A model generated the notes under the pieces. That model was given only the letters and a program-made list of their open reading frames with translations, was not told where the DNA came from and did not search any database. 64,000 nucleotides of DNA from Microthrixaceae bacterium. GTDB taxonomy: Bacteria > Actinomycetota > Acidimicrobiia > Acidimicrobiales > Microtrichaceae. A program made the position numbers and the translations under genes. The stretch lies in assembly GCA_037045585.1 (NCBI GenBank), contig JBAOIR010000041.1, positions 24,112-88,111 of the forward strand. The letters are read 5' to 3'. The first letter of the stretch is position 1, and the number at the start of each line of letters is the position of its first letter. Positions 29,006-38,845 of the stretch are shown here, piece after piece.

Positions 29006-30246
29006 CCGCCACCGACATCCCCACCTCCGTGACACCGGCCGCCGAGGACCTGCCGAAGATCATCTCGGTCGACGACCACATCCTCGAACCCCGGACGCTG
29101 TGGCAGGAGCAGCTTCCGCCCAGCCTTCGCGACCGCGGCCCCCGCGTCGTCCGCGAGAAGGTCTCGCTCGAGTTCAAGGGCGGGCACTACGGGTTCACCC
29201 GTGGGGCCGAGGACGGCAAGCTGTGCGACCTGTGGCTCTTCGACGACCTCGTTGTGCCCACCGGCCTCCTGCACGCCGCCGTCGGCTACCCCGACGAGGA
29301 GCAGATCAACATCCCGGCGATCTACGAGGACTTCCGTCCCGGCACCTACGACAAGACGGCGCGCCTCGAGGACATGACGGCCAACCACGTCGAGGCCGCC
29401 ATCAACTACCCCAATGTGTTCCCCCGGTTCGCCGGCCAGGGCTTCGCGGAGCGCGACGACAAGGACTTCGCCCTGCTGTGCCTGCAGATCTACAACGACT
29501 GGATGATCGACGACTGGTGCGGCGCCGACGCCAACGGCCGTCTCATCCCGCTCACCCTCGTGCCCCTGTGGGACCCGGTGCTCGCCGCCGCCGAGGTCCG
29601 TCGTTGCGCCGCCAAGGGCAGCTACGCGATCGCCTTCTCCGAGAACCCCTCGAAGCTCGGCTTCGCCTCCATGCACAGCGGCGAGTGGGACGTCCTGTGG
29701 GACGCCTGCCAGGAGAGCGACACCACCGTCAGCATGCACATCGGCTCGTCGTCGACCATGCCGACCACCAGCCCCGACGCGCCCCTCGGTGTGTCGATGG
29801 CGCTCAGTTCGCAGAACGCCCAGGGGTCACTCACCGACTGGATCTTCTCGGGCACGCTGTCCCGCTTCCCCACGCTCAAGATCGCGTTCGCCGAGAGCCA
29901 GATCGGCTGGATGCCCTACCTGATCGAGCGCATGGACATCGTCGCCACCGAGGGCGCTGCCGCCGGGGTGCAGCTCGACCGCATGCCGAGCGAGATCGTG
30001 AAGGGCCGGGTGTGGGGCTGCGTGTTCGACGACCAGCACGGCCTCAAGAGCCGCGACGCCGTCGGCCTCGAGCACATCCTCTTCGAGACCGACTACCCCC
30101 ACACCGACGGCACGTGGCCTCACTCGCGCTCGGTCGCGCACCGGCTCTGCGCCGGCGCCGGCATGAACGAGCAGGAGTGCTACGAGTTCCTCCGCGGCAA
30201 CGCCATCCGTTGCTACGGCCTCGAGCGCTTCGGCATCAGCGTCTGA
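29002..30246 (+). CDS. Amidohydrolase-2 (ACMSD-like) family metal-dependent hydrolase
   Basis: ATG 29002 with GAGGAG upstream. IISVDDHILEP, NYPNVFPRF, MHIGSS, LFETDYPHTDGTWP. Confidence 0.8.
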   Translation: MTATDIPTSVTPAAEDLPKIISVDDHILEPRTLWQEQLPPSLRDRGPRVVREKVSLEFKGGHYGFTRGAEDGKLCDLWLFDDLVVPTGLLHAAVGYPDEEQINIPAIYEDFRPGTYDKTARLEDMTANHVEAAINYPNVFPRFAGQGFAERDDKDFALLCLQIYNDWMIDDWCGADANGRLIPLTLVPLWDPVLAAAEVRRCAAKGSYAIAFSENPSKLGFASMHSGEWDVLWDACQESDTTVSMHIGSSSTMPTTSPDAPLGVSMALSSQNAQGSLTDWIFSGTLSRFPTLKIAFAESQIGWMPYLIERMDIVATEGAAAGVQLDRMPSEIVKGRVWGCVFDDQHGLKSRDAVGLEHILFETDYPHTDGTWPHSRSVAHRLCAGAGMNEQECYEFLRGNAIRCYGLERFGISV

Positions 30247-30257
30247 CGCGACGGGCC

Positions 30258-30692
30258 GTGGCCACTCCCCCCGACGACGGGCTGCTCGGCGGCATCGTCC
30301 GCCTCAACCTCGCGGTCACCCGCGTGCTCGAAGGCATCGCCGGCGCCCACGGCCTGACGATGGCGGACTACCTCGTGCTCGGGGTGGTCCGCGGCGCGCC
30401 CGACGGGCGGAGCGCGCCGACGGCGATCGCCGACACGCTCGGACGGACCACCGGGGGCATGACGCTGACGCTCGACCGCCTCGAACAGGCGGGGTGGTTG
30501 CGCCGTTCACCGGACCCCGAGGACGGTCGGCGCGTCGTGGTCGAGCTGACCGACGGGGGCCGCGACCTCGCCGTGGCGATCAACACCGAGCTCCACCGCT
30601 GGGAGGCGGGCCTCGACCTGCCCCACGGCCGCGGTGAGGTCGTCGAGCTCGTCGACGGCCTGACCGAGGCGATCGGGCTCCACCGGACCTGA
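30258..30692 (+). CDS. MarR family transcriptional regulator
   Basis: GTG 30258; 144 aa. Winged-helix pattern LTMADYLVLGVV..PTAIADTLGRTTGGMTLTLDRLEQAGWLRR.PDPEDGRRVVVELT. Confidence 0.8.
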   Translation: MATPPDDGLLGGIVRLNLAVTRVLEGIAGAHGLTMADYLVLGVVRGAPDGRSAPTAIADTLGRTTGGMTLTLDRLEQAGWLRRSPDPEDGRRVVVELTDGGRDLAVAINTELHRWEAGLDLPHGRGEVVELVDGLTEAIGLHRT

Positions 30693-30710
30693 CGCCGGTA
30701 CGATCCGCTG

Positions 30711-31772
30711 ATGCGCGTCACCTCGAGCCGGATCGTCCTCACCAAGCGGCACGCGCTGACCATCAGCCGGGGCACCATGGCCGGTTCCACCAACGTGGTC
30801 GTCGAGGTCAGCCACGACGGGATCGTGGGCATCGGCGAGATGGCGCCGAGCGACGTCACCGGGGACTCGGCGGAGGACACGGAGGTCACACTCGAGCGAT
30901 GGGGGCCACTCCTGGCGCCGGTCGCTCCCGTCGAGCGGCAGCGCATCGCCACGCTCCTGGAGCACGACGATGCCGGCAGCGCGGTCCGCGCCGCGCTCGA
31001 CATGGCGCTGTACGACTGGCTCGGCAAGCGCGCCGGCCTGCCCGTCTGGCAGCTCCTCGGCGGCGACGCCGGCCGGATCGTCCCCACCTCGCTCACCGTC
31101 GGCATCAATCCACCCGACGTGGTCCGCGAGGTCGTGCCCGAGATCCTCCACCGCACGGGGGCGATGGTGTTGAAGGTCAAGCTCGGTCAACCGGCTGGCC
31201 TCGACGCCGACCGGGAGATGTTCGCGGCGGCACAGGAATCGGCGCGGGCGACCGCCGACCGACCCGTGGTGTGGCGCGTCGACGCCAACGGCGGTTGGGA
31301 CGTGGAGGGAGCGCTCGCCATGGACCGGTGGCTCGCCGACCGCGGTGTCGAACTCGTCGAGCAGCCGCTCCCCCAGGGCCATGAACACGAGCTGCCGGCG
31401 CTCCACCGCGGTTCGTCGTTGCCGATCGTCGCCGACGAGTCGGTGCGCACATCCGCCGACGTCGCCGCGCTGGCCGACCGGGTCGACGGCGTCAACCTCA
31501 AGCTCATGAAGTGCGGTGGTCTCGACGAGGCCCTCCGCATCATCCACACCGCCCGGGCCCACGGCCTGTCGGTCATGATCGGTTGCATGGGTGAGTCGTC
31601 GCTCGCCATCGGTGCCGGCGCGCAGCTCGCTCCCTTCGTCGACCACCTCGATCTCGACAGCCACCTGAACCTGCTCGACGACCCCTTCGACGGGCCGACG
31701 TTCACCGACGGGGTCGTGCGACCGTCCGACCGACCGGGGCTCGGGGTGCGCTGGACTGGCGCCGACGCATGA
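30711..31772 (+). CDS. Enolase-superfamily dipeptide epimerase / N-acyl amino acid racemase-like (DgcA-like)
   Basis: 353 aa. MR/MLE motifs: LKVKLG, WRVDANGGW, VELVEQPL, PIVADES, VNLKLMKCGG, MIGCMGES. Confidence 0.8.
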   Translation: MRVTSSRIVLTKRHALTISRGTMAGSTNVVVEVSHDGIVGIGEMAPSDVTGDSAEDTEVTLERWGPLLAPVAPVERQRIATLLEHDDAGSAVRAALDMALYDWLGKRAGLPVWQLLGGDAGRIVPTSLTVGINPPDVVREVVPEILHRTGAMVLKVKLGQPAGLDADREMFAAAQESARATADRPVVWRVDANGGWDVEGALAMDRWLADRGVELVEQPLPQGHEHELPALHRGSSLPIVADESVRTSADVAALADRVDGVNLKLMKCGGLDEALRIIHTARAHGLSVMIGCMGESSLAIGAGAQLAPFVDHLDLDSHLNLLDDPFDGPTFTDGVVRPSDRPGLGVRWTGADA

Positions 31773-32857
31773 CGACCCCCACAACCCCCACGACGGCGTC
31801 GACGAGCGACGCACCGAGGATCACCGGTTCGACGCGCCTCGCCCTCCTGATGCACGGCCACCTGCGCCAGTACACCGGCAAGATGGGGTTCGGTCTGCTG
31901 CGCTACTCCCCCGGCACCGTCACGAGCGTCATCGATGCCGACGAGGCCGGCGGGTCGCTCCGCGAGGTCGCCGGCATCGACTCCGACGCGCCGATCGTCG
32001 CCGACGCGGCCGCCGCGGCGGCGATCGGTGCCGACGTCCTCGTGATCGCCGTCGCCACGTCGGGCGGAGTGCTCCCGGCGGGATACCGGTCCGAGATCGT
32101 GACGGCGCTGCGCAGCGGGATGTCGCTGATCAACGGCCTGCACGGACGGTTCGCCGAGGACCCCGAGTTCGCGGCGGCGCTCCAACCCGGCGCGTTCATC
32201 TGGGACGTGCGCCGCGAGCCCGAGGGCCTCGTGAGCGGCACGGGCCGCGCCCGCGCGCTGTCCTGCCGGCGCATCCTGACGGTCGGCACCGACATGGCCA
32301 TCGGCAAGATGACAGCGAGCCTCGAACTCGACGCCGAGTCCCGCCGCCGCGGTCTGCGGTCACGGTTCGTGGCGTCGGGCCAGATCGGCATGTGCATCAG
32401 CGGCGATGGCGTGCCGCTCGACGCGGTGCGCGTCGACTTCGCGTCGGGGGCGATCGAGTCGCTGTGCCTCCGTCACGGACCCGACCATGACGTGTTGTGG
32501 GTCGAGGGCCAGGGCTCCGCGCTGCACCCGGGCTCGACGGCGTGGATCGCCCTGCTGCGCGGTTCGATGCCGACCGATCTCGTCCTCGTCCACCGGGCCG
32601 GCCAACGACACCTCGACGGGCTGCCCGACGTGGCGATCCCCCCGCTCCCCGAGGTGATCGACCTGTACGAACGCGTGGCTGCGGCGACCACGGCCTACCC
32701 GGCGGCGAAGGTCCGCGCCATCGCTCTCAACTGCGGCCACCTCACTTCGGAGGAAGCTGCCGACGCGGTCCGCGCCGTGCAGGCCGAGACCGGCATCGCC
32801 ACCGCCGATGTGCTCCGCGACGGCCCCGGCCCCCTGCTCGACGCCCTCTTTGCCTGA
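31769..32857 (+). CDS. DUF1611 family protein (DgcN-like putative N-acetyltransferase)
   Basis: ATGA overlap with the epimerase gene; 362 aa. TVGTDMAIGKMTASLEL.. and VEGQGSALHPGS.. are typical of DUF1611. Confidence 0.75.
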   Translation: MTTPTTPTTASTSDAPRITGSTRLALLMHGHLRQYTGKMGFGLLRYSPGTVTSVIDADEAGGSLREVAGIDSDAPIVADAAAAAAIGADVLVIAVATSGGVLPAGYRSEIVTALRSGMSLINGLHGRFAEDPEFAAALQPGAFIWDVRREPEGLVSGTGRARALSCRRILTVGTDMAIGKMTASLELDAESRRRGLRSRFVASGQIGMCISGDGVPLDAVRVDFASGAIESLCLRHGPDHDVLWVEGQGSALHPGSTAWIALLRGSMPTDLVLVHRAGQRHLDGLPDVAIPPLPEVIDLYERVAAATTAYPAAKVRAIALNCGHLTSEEAADAVRAVQAETGIATADVLRDGPGPLLDALFA

Positions 32858-32862
32858 CCTCT

Positions 32863-32918
32863 GGGGTTTTGTGCTGCGAGAGACGCCACGGATGGCGTTC
32901 CTCGCAGTACAAAACCCC
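32863..32918. terminator. Long nested hairpin between convergent genes, flanked by a 15-bp direct repeat
   Basis: GGGGTTTTGTGCTGCGAG ... CTCGCAGTACAAAACCCC pairs 17 of 18 positions, with an inner ACGCCA cgga TGGCGT stem. The flanks are TTGCCTGACCTCTGG (32850..32864) and TTGCCTGACGTCTGG (32919..32933). Confidence 0.55.
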
Positions 32919-32937
32919 TTGCCTGACGTCTGGCCGT

Positions 32938-34503
32938 CTAGGTGAGCCCCAGACGTTCGAGCTGATCAGACGGCGCGTCGATCTCGACCAGAGCCGTCCG
33001 GAGCAGGGCGGCCAGCTCCGCCTCGGCGGGCGTGTCGACGAGATTTCGCTCCTCGCCCGGATCCTCGGCCAGGTCGAAGCACAGCGTTTCCATGCGCTCG
33101 GCGTACGCCCAGAACGGCAACAGGTCACCCGGAACGAACGGCTGACGGATCACCGGGATCTTCGACCCGGGCATCCGGTCGAGCGTGGCCCGGTCGTCGG
33201 GCGGCGGCATGCGCAGATCGGGGAAGGAGTGCAGCGGCATCGTCGACCACCGGTTGCTCCACATCGACAGCGGAGCGTTGTCGCCCCGGGGCGCCCGGAC
33301 GTACTTACGGCTGCCGTCGAGCACGTGCACCTCGCGGCCCCAGACCCCGGCGAGCGCCCACTCCCGAACGCTCGTCGCCGAGCCGTCGAGCAGCGGGCGC
33401 AGCGACATCCCGTGGGCACGGGTCGGGGCATCGACGCCGAACGCGTCGCACAGCGTCGCATGCAGGTCGACGTTGGTGGTGAGCGCGTCGACCGTGCTCC
33501 CAGGCACCGACACCCCGGGCCACGAGATGAACAGTGGCGTGTGCAGCAGCGGCTCGAAGAGCGGGATGCCCGGCTTGCCCCACGCATCTCGCTCACCCAG
33601 GTAGTGCCCGTGGTCGGTGCACACGATCACGACGGTGTCGTCCCACCAGTTGCCGGTGTCGAGCTGGTCGAGCACCCGACCCAACCAGTGGTCGATCATC
33701 GAGAGCTTGGCGCCGTACTGGGCGCGGATCTGCCGGCCCTGCCGTTCGGTGATCGCTCCGCCCCCGACGCCCGACCCGGTGTACGGCGGCCAGATCAAAT
33801 GGGGCCCATCGACGCCTGCGTCCCACTCCGGGTCGTAGCGCGACGCCCACGGTTCGGGAGTGTCGAAGGGTTCGTGCGGGTCGAACTCGTCGACGAACAG
33901 CAGCCACGGGACCCCGGCGTCGCGATGGAACGGAGCATGGTCGCGCAGCCACGACGCCGCCGCCGTCATCGTCCGCGGGCCGGGGAAGTCGGCCTCGTCG
34001 CGGAACCAGCCCCGCGAGTTGTCGTACGGGGTGTGCCCACGGCCGAAGCTCGGAGCACCGGCCCACGAGGGATCGGGACGGGTCTTCCACGTGTCGCCCT
34101 CGTGCCCTCGCTGGTAGTCCCAGGCCGTGAACTCGGTGTGGTAGTTCTCGCCGCCGGTCTCGAAAAGATGAGGGTGGTCGGTGACCAGCTGGGTCGTGAC
34201 CCCGGCGCGCCGGAGCGTTGCCGTCACCGGTTCGTCCCACAGCTCCAACGATCCCCACGGGCGCCACAGGAAGTCGAGCGAACCGGTGAGCAGGTCGTGA
34301 CGGGCCGGCATGCACGGCAGCGACCCGGCATGGTGGTTGGTGAACCGGGTCGAACGTCGGGCCACGCGGTCGAGGTTCGGGGTGTCGAACTCCTCGGACC
34401 CGTAGGAGCCCAGGAGATGACGGTTGAGCGAGTCCAGGAGGATGACGACGACGTTCTGCGCTCGGTCACGGTCCTCTCGAGCCCCACCGGCGGTTTCATT
34501 CAT
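32938..34503 (-). CDS. Formylglycine-type sulfatase
   Basis: ATG 34503 (MNETAGG..); 521 aa. VVVILLDSLNRH, SLPCMPARHDLLTG (CxPxR), VCTDHGH. Confidence 0.85.
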   Translation of the reverse strand: MNETAGGAREDRDRAQNVVVILLDSLNRHLLGSYGSEEFDTPNLDRVARRSTRFTNHHAGSLPCMPARHDLLTGSLDFLWRPWGSLELWDEPVTATLRRAGVTTQLVTDHPHLFETGGENYHTEFTAWDYQRGHEGDTWKTRPDPSWAGAPSFGRGHTPYDNSRGWFRDEADFPGPRTMTAAASWLRDHAPFHRDAGVPWLLFVDEFDPHEPFDTPEPWASRYDPEWDAGVDGPHLIWPPYTGSGVGGGAITERQGRQIRAQYGAKLSMIDHWLGRVLDQLDTGNWWDDTVVIVCTDHGHYLGERDAWGKPGIPLFEPLLHTPLFISWPGVSVPGSTVDALTTNVDLHATLCDAFGVDAPTRAHGMSLRPLLDGSATSVREWALAGVWGREVHVLDGSRKYVRAPRGDNAPLSMWSNRWSTMPLHSFPDLRMPPPDDRATLDRMPGSKIPVIRQPFVPGDLLPFWAYAERMETLCFDLAEDPGEERNLVDTPAEAELAALLRTALVEIDAPSDQLERLGLT

Positions 34504-34666
34504 GGGCCAGTGATCTACCAGGAACGGCGGGCCGATGCGCTCGGCCGCATGCGATGTCGACGTTCCACTGACAGGTCGGTCGCGACCGCTGTTCGTCGTG
34601 ACCGCTCGCGAGGCCGTCGACCTGTGAGACTGCGGTCCACGTCCCCGAACGCGAAAGCGAGCCGAC

Positions 34667-34942
34667 ATGCCCAACTTCAAGGTCTGGATCGATCAGGACC
34701 TGTGCACCGGTGACGGCATCTGCGAGGAGATCACCCCTGCGCTCTTCAGCGGCCACGACGACGGTCTGTGGTACGTGAAGGAGAAGGAGTGGGCCGATAT
34801 CTACAACGGCGGCCCGAAGGACGCGCCCGTGTACCGCATGGCCGAGGGCCAGGCGACGGTCCCCGAGAACCTGGTCGAGTCGGCGATCGAGTCGGCCGAG
34901 GAGTGCCCCGGCGAGTGCATCTTCATCGAGGTGCTCGACTGA
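34667..34942 (+). CDS. Ferredoxin (single-cluster actinobacterial type)
   Basis: 91 aa. IDQDLCTGDGICEEI ... ECPGECIFIE. Confidence 0.8.
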   Translation: MPNFKVWIDQDLCTGDGICEEITPALFSGHDDGLWYVKEKEWADIYNGGPKDAPVYRMAEGQATVPENLVESAIESAEECPGECIFIEVLD

Positions 34943-35283
34943 GCTCGGCGCCCGACGACCGCTCGCTCCGCGCTGAGCGAGAGCGACTGACCGGAATCGT
35001 CGCGTCGCTCCGAGCCGCGTTCGAGGACATCGTCGACGCCGCCGCCGATGTCGCCACCGACGACGAGCACGATCCCGAAGGCCACACGATCGCGTTCGAA
35101 CGACAACAGCAGGCCGCCCTCCTCCGCGAGACCGAGGCACAAATCGACGAGGTCGACCGAGCCCTCGAGCGGATGGGCGCCGGATCGTACGGGCGGTGCG
35201 AGACCTGCGGCGCACCCATCCCCGCCGAACGACTCGACGCCGTCCCCGCCACCCGCTTCTGCGTGACCTGCGCCGCAGTCTGA
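34915..35283 (+). CDS. TraR/DksA family zinc-finger protein
   Basis: DDEHDPEGHTIAFERQQ..L and GSYGRCETCGAPIPAERL.A.PATRFCVTC. The start is uncertain: GTG 34915 overlaps the ferredoxin end, and the true start could lie a little downstream. Confidence 0.7.
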   Translation: MHLHRGARLSSAPDDRSLRAERERLTGIVASLRAAFEDIVDAAADVATDDEHDPEGHTIAFERQQQAALLRETEAQIDEVDRALERMGAGSYGRCETCGAPIPAERLDAVPATRFCVTCAAV

Positions 35284-35301
35284 CGGCGTCCGGCCCGGCC
35301 A

Positions 35302-35364
<63 letters not shown>

Positions 35365-35377
35365 GTTCCCACAGCGA

Positions 35378-36808
35378 TCACTCCGCGCGGCGGGCGGCGC
35401 GATGGGCAGCGTCGTACCGGGCGCGAAGCTCAGGTGACGCGGGGGCGGCTCGTGGTCGGCCGGGCGGTTCGGGCGCGCGTGTCGGGGACTCGGGTGGATC
35501 GGGGGTGTGGTGGGGGTGGCGGGGATCGTCGGGGTCGACGAACGCTCGGCGCCCGGTGCCGGCGACGAGTTGCCAGTTCTCCAGGGTTTTGAGTTGGTGG
35601 TGGAACGTGCACATGTGTTCGGACTCGACCAGCACGGTGTGCTGGGTTCTCGCGTAGTCCTCGCGATGCTCGTACTCGAGATCCACCGTCCGGTTGCACC
35701 CGGCGACGCAGCATTTCGGGTCGGTCCAGAGTTTGGCGATGCGTTGTGCTTCGGTCGGTTTGCGTGCGGGGTTCACGACGTCGATGACGGCGGTGCCGTT
35801 CGTGGTGACCAGCCGCAGGATCGAGTCGCCGAACATGGTCCGGGCTTGTTCGACCGACACCGGACCGATGCCCGGGATCTCACACACGTCACCGTCACCC
35901 ACCGCCCCGTTGACGAGGGCAGCGAGGTCGACTCGGACCAGCATCAGGCGGCGCACCGATTCACGGCGCCGTGACCCGCGGCCGCTGGACCCACCCTGCC
36001 CGCTTCGGCGGACGCTGTCATCGGTCCCGCCAGCGTCGGTATCGGCATCGCTCGTGTCGCCGGGTTCGGTGCTCCCGTTGGCACCGGTGGTGAGATCGAT
36101 CAGCGCGTCGTAGGCGTACTGTTCGCGGCCTTCACGCTGCCCGTGACGGCGGTCGCGGTGGATTTCGCCGATCCGGTTCTCCAGGGCTTGTTCCAACGCG
36201 GCCCCCTCAGCGAGCGGTCCTTCGGCGTAGAGGCACCAGCGTCCACCTTTGGACCACCAGTACGCCTTCCGCCCCGCCCGCACCTTGCGCTCGCGTTCGA
36301 CTTTCGATTCCTCCGCCTCGACCTCCGCGCGCCGCCGCGCAGCCTCCTCTTTGGTGTGCCGCAGCGAATCCGATTTGGCGGTCTCGAGCAGATCGTTCTC
36401 CGCGGCCGGGTTCGCTGACGCCCCGGCGGCGACGGCGCCGGCTTGTTGTGGTGACAGTTCGCCGTTGCGCACAGCGTCGGCGGTGTCGGGCAGTGCACCG
36501 AGTTGCTCCGACGTTGCCAGATCAGCGCGAGCTCGCCCGGTGTCGGTGCCTTGGCGTAACGCCAGCCACGCTGCCGCAGATGGGCAACCGTCGCGTCGCC
36601 ACGCGTCGGCTTCGGCGGCTCGGGCTGCGATGAGGACCCGTCCGGAGGCGGCGAGGCGTTCGAGTTCGATGAACGCGTCCAAGATGTCGACGGCGAACGG
36701 CAACGGCACATCAGCCGGGGACAGATCACCCAGCAACGTGCGTACGGGTGCAGCGGCGACTCGGAGCTGACCAGCGAATTGCGATCGGTACGAACTGGTG
36801 TTCGTCAT
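35378..36808 (-). CDS. DUF222 / HNH endonuclease family protein (mycobacterial 13E12-repeat type)
   Basis: 476 aa. The N-terminal DUF222 pattern is LERL.A....L.AR..EADAWR..G..SAAAWLA. The C-terminal HNH-like block is C.V.GC.R...LE.EH...Y.....T..E....C..HH..K. Confidence 0.8.
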   Translation of the reverse strand: MTNTSSYRSQFAGQLRVAAAPVRTLLGDLSPADVPLPFAVDILDAFIELERLAASGRVLIAARAAEADAWRRDGCPSAAAWLALRQGTDTGRARADLATSEQLGALPDTADAVRNGELSPQQAGAVAAGASANPAAENDLLETAKSDSLRHTKEEAARRRAEVEAEESKVERERKVRAGRKAYWWSKGGRWCLYAEGPLAEGAALEQALENRIGEIHRDRRHGQREGREQYAYDALIDLTTGANGSTEPGDTSDADTDAGGTDDSVRRSGQGGSSGRGSRRRESVRRLMLVRVDLAALVNGAVGDGDVCEIPGIGPVSVEQARTMFGDSILRLVTTNGTAVIDVVNPARKPTEAQRIAKLWTDPKCCVAGCNRTVDLEYEHREDYARTQHTVLVESEHMCTFHHQLKTLENWQLVAGTGRRAFVDPDDPRHPHHTPDPPESPTRAPEPPGRPRAAPASPELRARYDAAHRAARRAE

Positions 36809-36878
36809 GGGTCAAGTATCGCAGAGGGTCCTGACAGTGAGATCCGGATCCGCCGGTACGGAGCCGGATCGGGAACAT

Positions 36879-36914
36879 TCACCCAACGCTCCCGACTCAC
36901 CCAACGCTCCCGAC
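36879..36914. repeat. Perfect 2 x 18-bp tandem repeat upstream of the HNH gene
   Basis: TCACCCAACGCTCCCGAC occurs twice in tandem. Confidence 0.85.
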
Positions 36915-37066
36915 ACATGCGACGCCGTGCGTCGGCAGAGCAGGCGCAACTCCTCGGGCGTCCAGTCGGGCCAAGGGAGCGGAACGTCCGGCACACCCAG
37001 CCGGAACGCCGCCACCTCGATGGGCTCGACACGTCCATCAATCTGATGCGAGGTTGGCCGCAGCCC

Positions 37067-37885
37067 TCAGTTGGTGTCCCGCCGGGCCAGGAGCAGGGTG
37101 CCGATGGCGAGCGTGACGAGGGCGTAGCCACCGAAGATCAGGGCGTACATCGGCCGGGACAGCTCGTCAGCGATGACGACCGGCGCCTTGAAGTCCGCGC
37201 CGGCGTCGAGGAGCCGGTAGCCGGCACTGAACGGCAGGAAGTGGAGCACGCCGTCGGGCAGCGCCGGGGCGAAGAGGGTCTCGATCACGAACGACCACAT
37301 CAACAGGCCCGAGATCGCACCGGCGCTGTGCCGAACGATCATGCCGACGCCCAGTCCGATGACCGCAGCGAGCGCGATGTACAGCAGCGCCCAGGCTGCC
37401 CGTGACGCCATCGCCGAACCGTCGCCCAGCTCGGCGCCGCCGGCGAGCGCCCCGGCGAACCCGGCCGCCATTGCCGCAGCGCCGTAGGTGGCACCCACGG
37501 CGACGGCCATGGCCGTCTTGGCCACGACGGTGACCCACCGCGCCGGGCGGGCGGCGAGCGTCACGGCCAGCGTGCCGTGCTGCGCTTCTGCGGTGAACAT
37601 CAGGATGCCCGTCACGATCGCCAACGTGGCCACGAGCGGCAACGGGTAGATGAAGAGTTCCGAGGCGGACACGGCCCCGTCGGTTGCGGTGGCGGCGAGC
37701 GCCGCCGCGATGGTGGCTCCGACCCCGGCCGTGAGGCCGAGGATCACCTTGTTGGTGCGCAACGTGGACACCTTGATCCACTCGCTTCGCAGCGCGGCGG
37801 GAACGGCGTGGACGTCGTCGGTCCGGCTTCGGAGGACCGTGTCGGTCCTGGTCTCGGGTCGTGGGGTGACGATGGTGGTGGTCAT
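37067..37885 (-). CDS. ABC-2 type transporter permease
   Basis: 272 aa with about 6 TM helices. The conserved N-terminal motif is LRSEWIKVSTLRTNK. Confidence 0.75.
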   Translation of the reverse strand: MTTTIVTPRPETRTDTVLRSRTDDVHAVPAALRSEWIKVSTLRTNKVILGLTAGVGATIAAALAATATDGAVSASELFIYPLPLVATLAIVTGILMFTAEAQHGTLAVTLAARPARWVTVVAKTAMAVAVGATYGAAAMAAGFAGALAGGAELGDGSAMASRAAWALLYIALAAVIGLGVGMIVRHSAGAISGLLMWSFVIETLFAPALPDGVLHFLPFSAGYRLLDAGADFKAPVVIADELSRPMYALIFGGYALVTLAIGTLLLARRDTN

Positions 37886-37948
37886 GGTTCGTGCTCCTTG
37901 GTGAGTTTCTGGTCGGAATGGGTTCGGGAACGGGGTTCGGTCGGGTGG

Positions 37949-38845
37949 TCAGACGGCGGTGAACTCGGCGGACGCACCGGTCATCGCGAGGAGGCTGTCC
38001 TCGAGCGACTGCGTGATCTCGGTGAGCTCGAGGAGGCGGATGCCGTGTTCGTACGCGAGCTGGGAGATCTCCGCTTTGGTCGTGCCGTGAACGGCGAGCC
38101 GGTCGTCGGTCGTGTCGGCGGCGAGGCCGCGTGCGTCGAGGAGCTGCAGGAGTTCCTCCTGTTGGGGCGTCTCGACGACCACGCTGGTCGCCGAGCGGGC
38201 GGTGATGGCCTCGACGGTCTCGGCGGCGAGCAGCCGGCCGGCACCGACGACGACGAGGTCGTCGGCGAACATGCTGAGCTCGCTGATGAGGTGGCTCGAC
38301 ACGAACACCGTGCCGCCGCGCTCGGCGTAGGCGGTGAGGTGGTTGCGCAGCCAGCGGATGCCGTCGGGATCGAGCCCGTTGGACGGCTCGTCGAGCAGCA
38401 GGACCGGCGGATCGCCGAGCATGGCGCCGGCGAGAGCGAGACGCTGACGCATCCCGAGCGAGAACTGTCCGGCCTTCTGGTCCATCACGGACTCGAGGCC
38501 GACCTCGACGAGCACCTGTTCGACCCGATCCCTCGGGATCTTGCTCGCCGCGGCCATCGCTCGCAGATGGTTCCGGGCCGTGCGGTTCGGGTGAATGCAC
38601 CGGGGGTCGAGCACTGCGCCGACCGCACGGGCGGGATGCACGAGGTCGGTGTAGCGGGTCCCGCCGTAGCGCACCTCGCCGGCATCGGGCCGGGTGAGCC
38701 CGACCATCATGCGCATCGTGGTCGACTTGCCGGCCCCGTTGGGGCCGACGAACCCCGTGACGCGTCCGGCGGCGGCGTCGAACGAGAGGGCGTCGACCGC
38801 GGTGTGGTCGCCGTAGCGCTTGGTCAGTCCTGAGACGTTGATCAT
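37949..38845 (-). CDS. ABC transporter ATP-binding protein
   Basis: ATG 38845. Walker A GPNGAGKST, signature FSLGMRQRL, Walker B LLLDEPSNGLD. Confidence 0.9.
   Translation of the reverse strand: MINVSGLTKRYGDHTAVDALSFDAAAGRVTGFVGPNGAGKSTTMRMMVGLTRPDAGEVRYGGTRYTDLVHPARAVGAVLDPRCIHPNRTARNHLRAMAAASKIPRDRVEQVLVEVGLESVMDQKAGQFSLGMRQRLALAGAMLGDPPVLLLDEPSNGLDPDGIRWLRNHLTAYAERGGTVFVSSHLISELSMFADDLVVVGAGRLLAAETVEAITARSATSVVVETPQQEELLQLLDARGLAADTTDDRLAVHGTTKAEISQLAYEHGIRLLELTEITQSLEDSLLAMTGASAEFTAV

Noticed and set aside
36805-37131. 108-aa minus-strand ORF ending in an ATGA overlap with the HNH gene start.
   Set aside because: It is extremely Arg/Ser/Cys/Trp-rich with no motif, and the tandem 18-bp repeat is read through as CRERWVSRERWV. 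The alternative frame looks slightly more protein-like, but neither can be supported.
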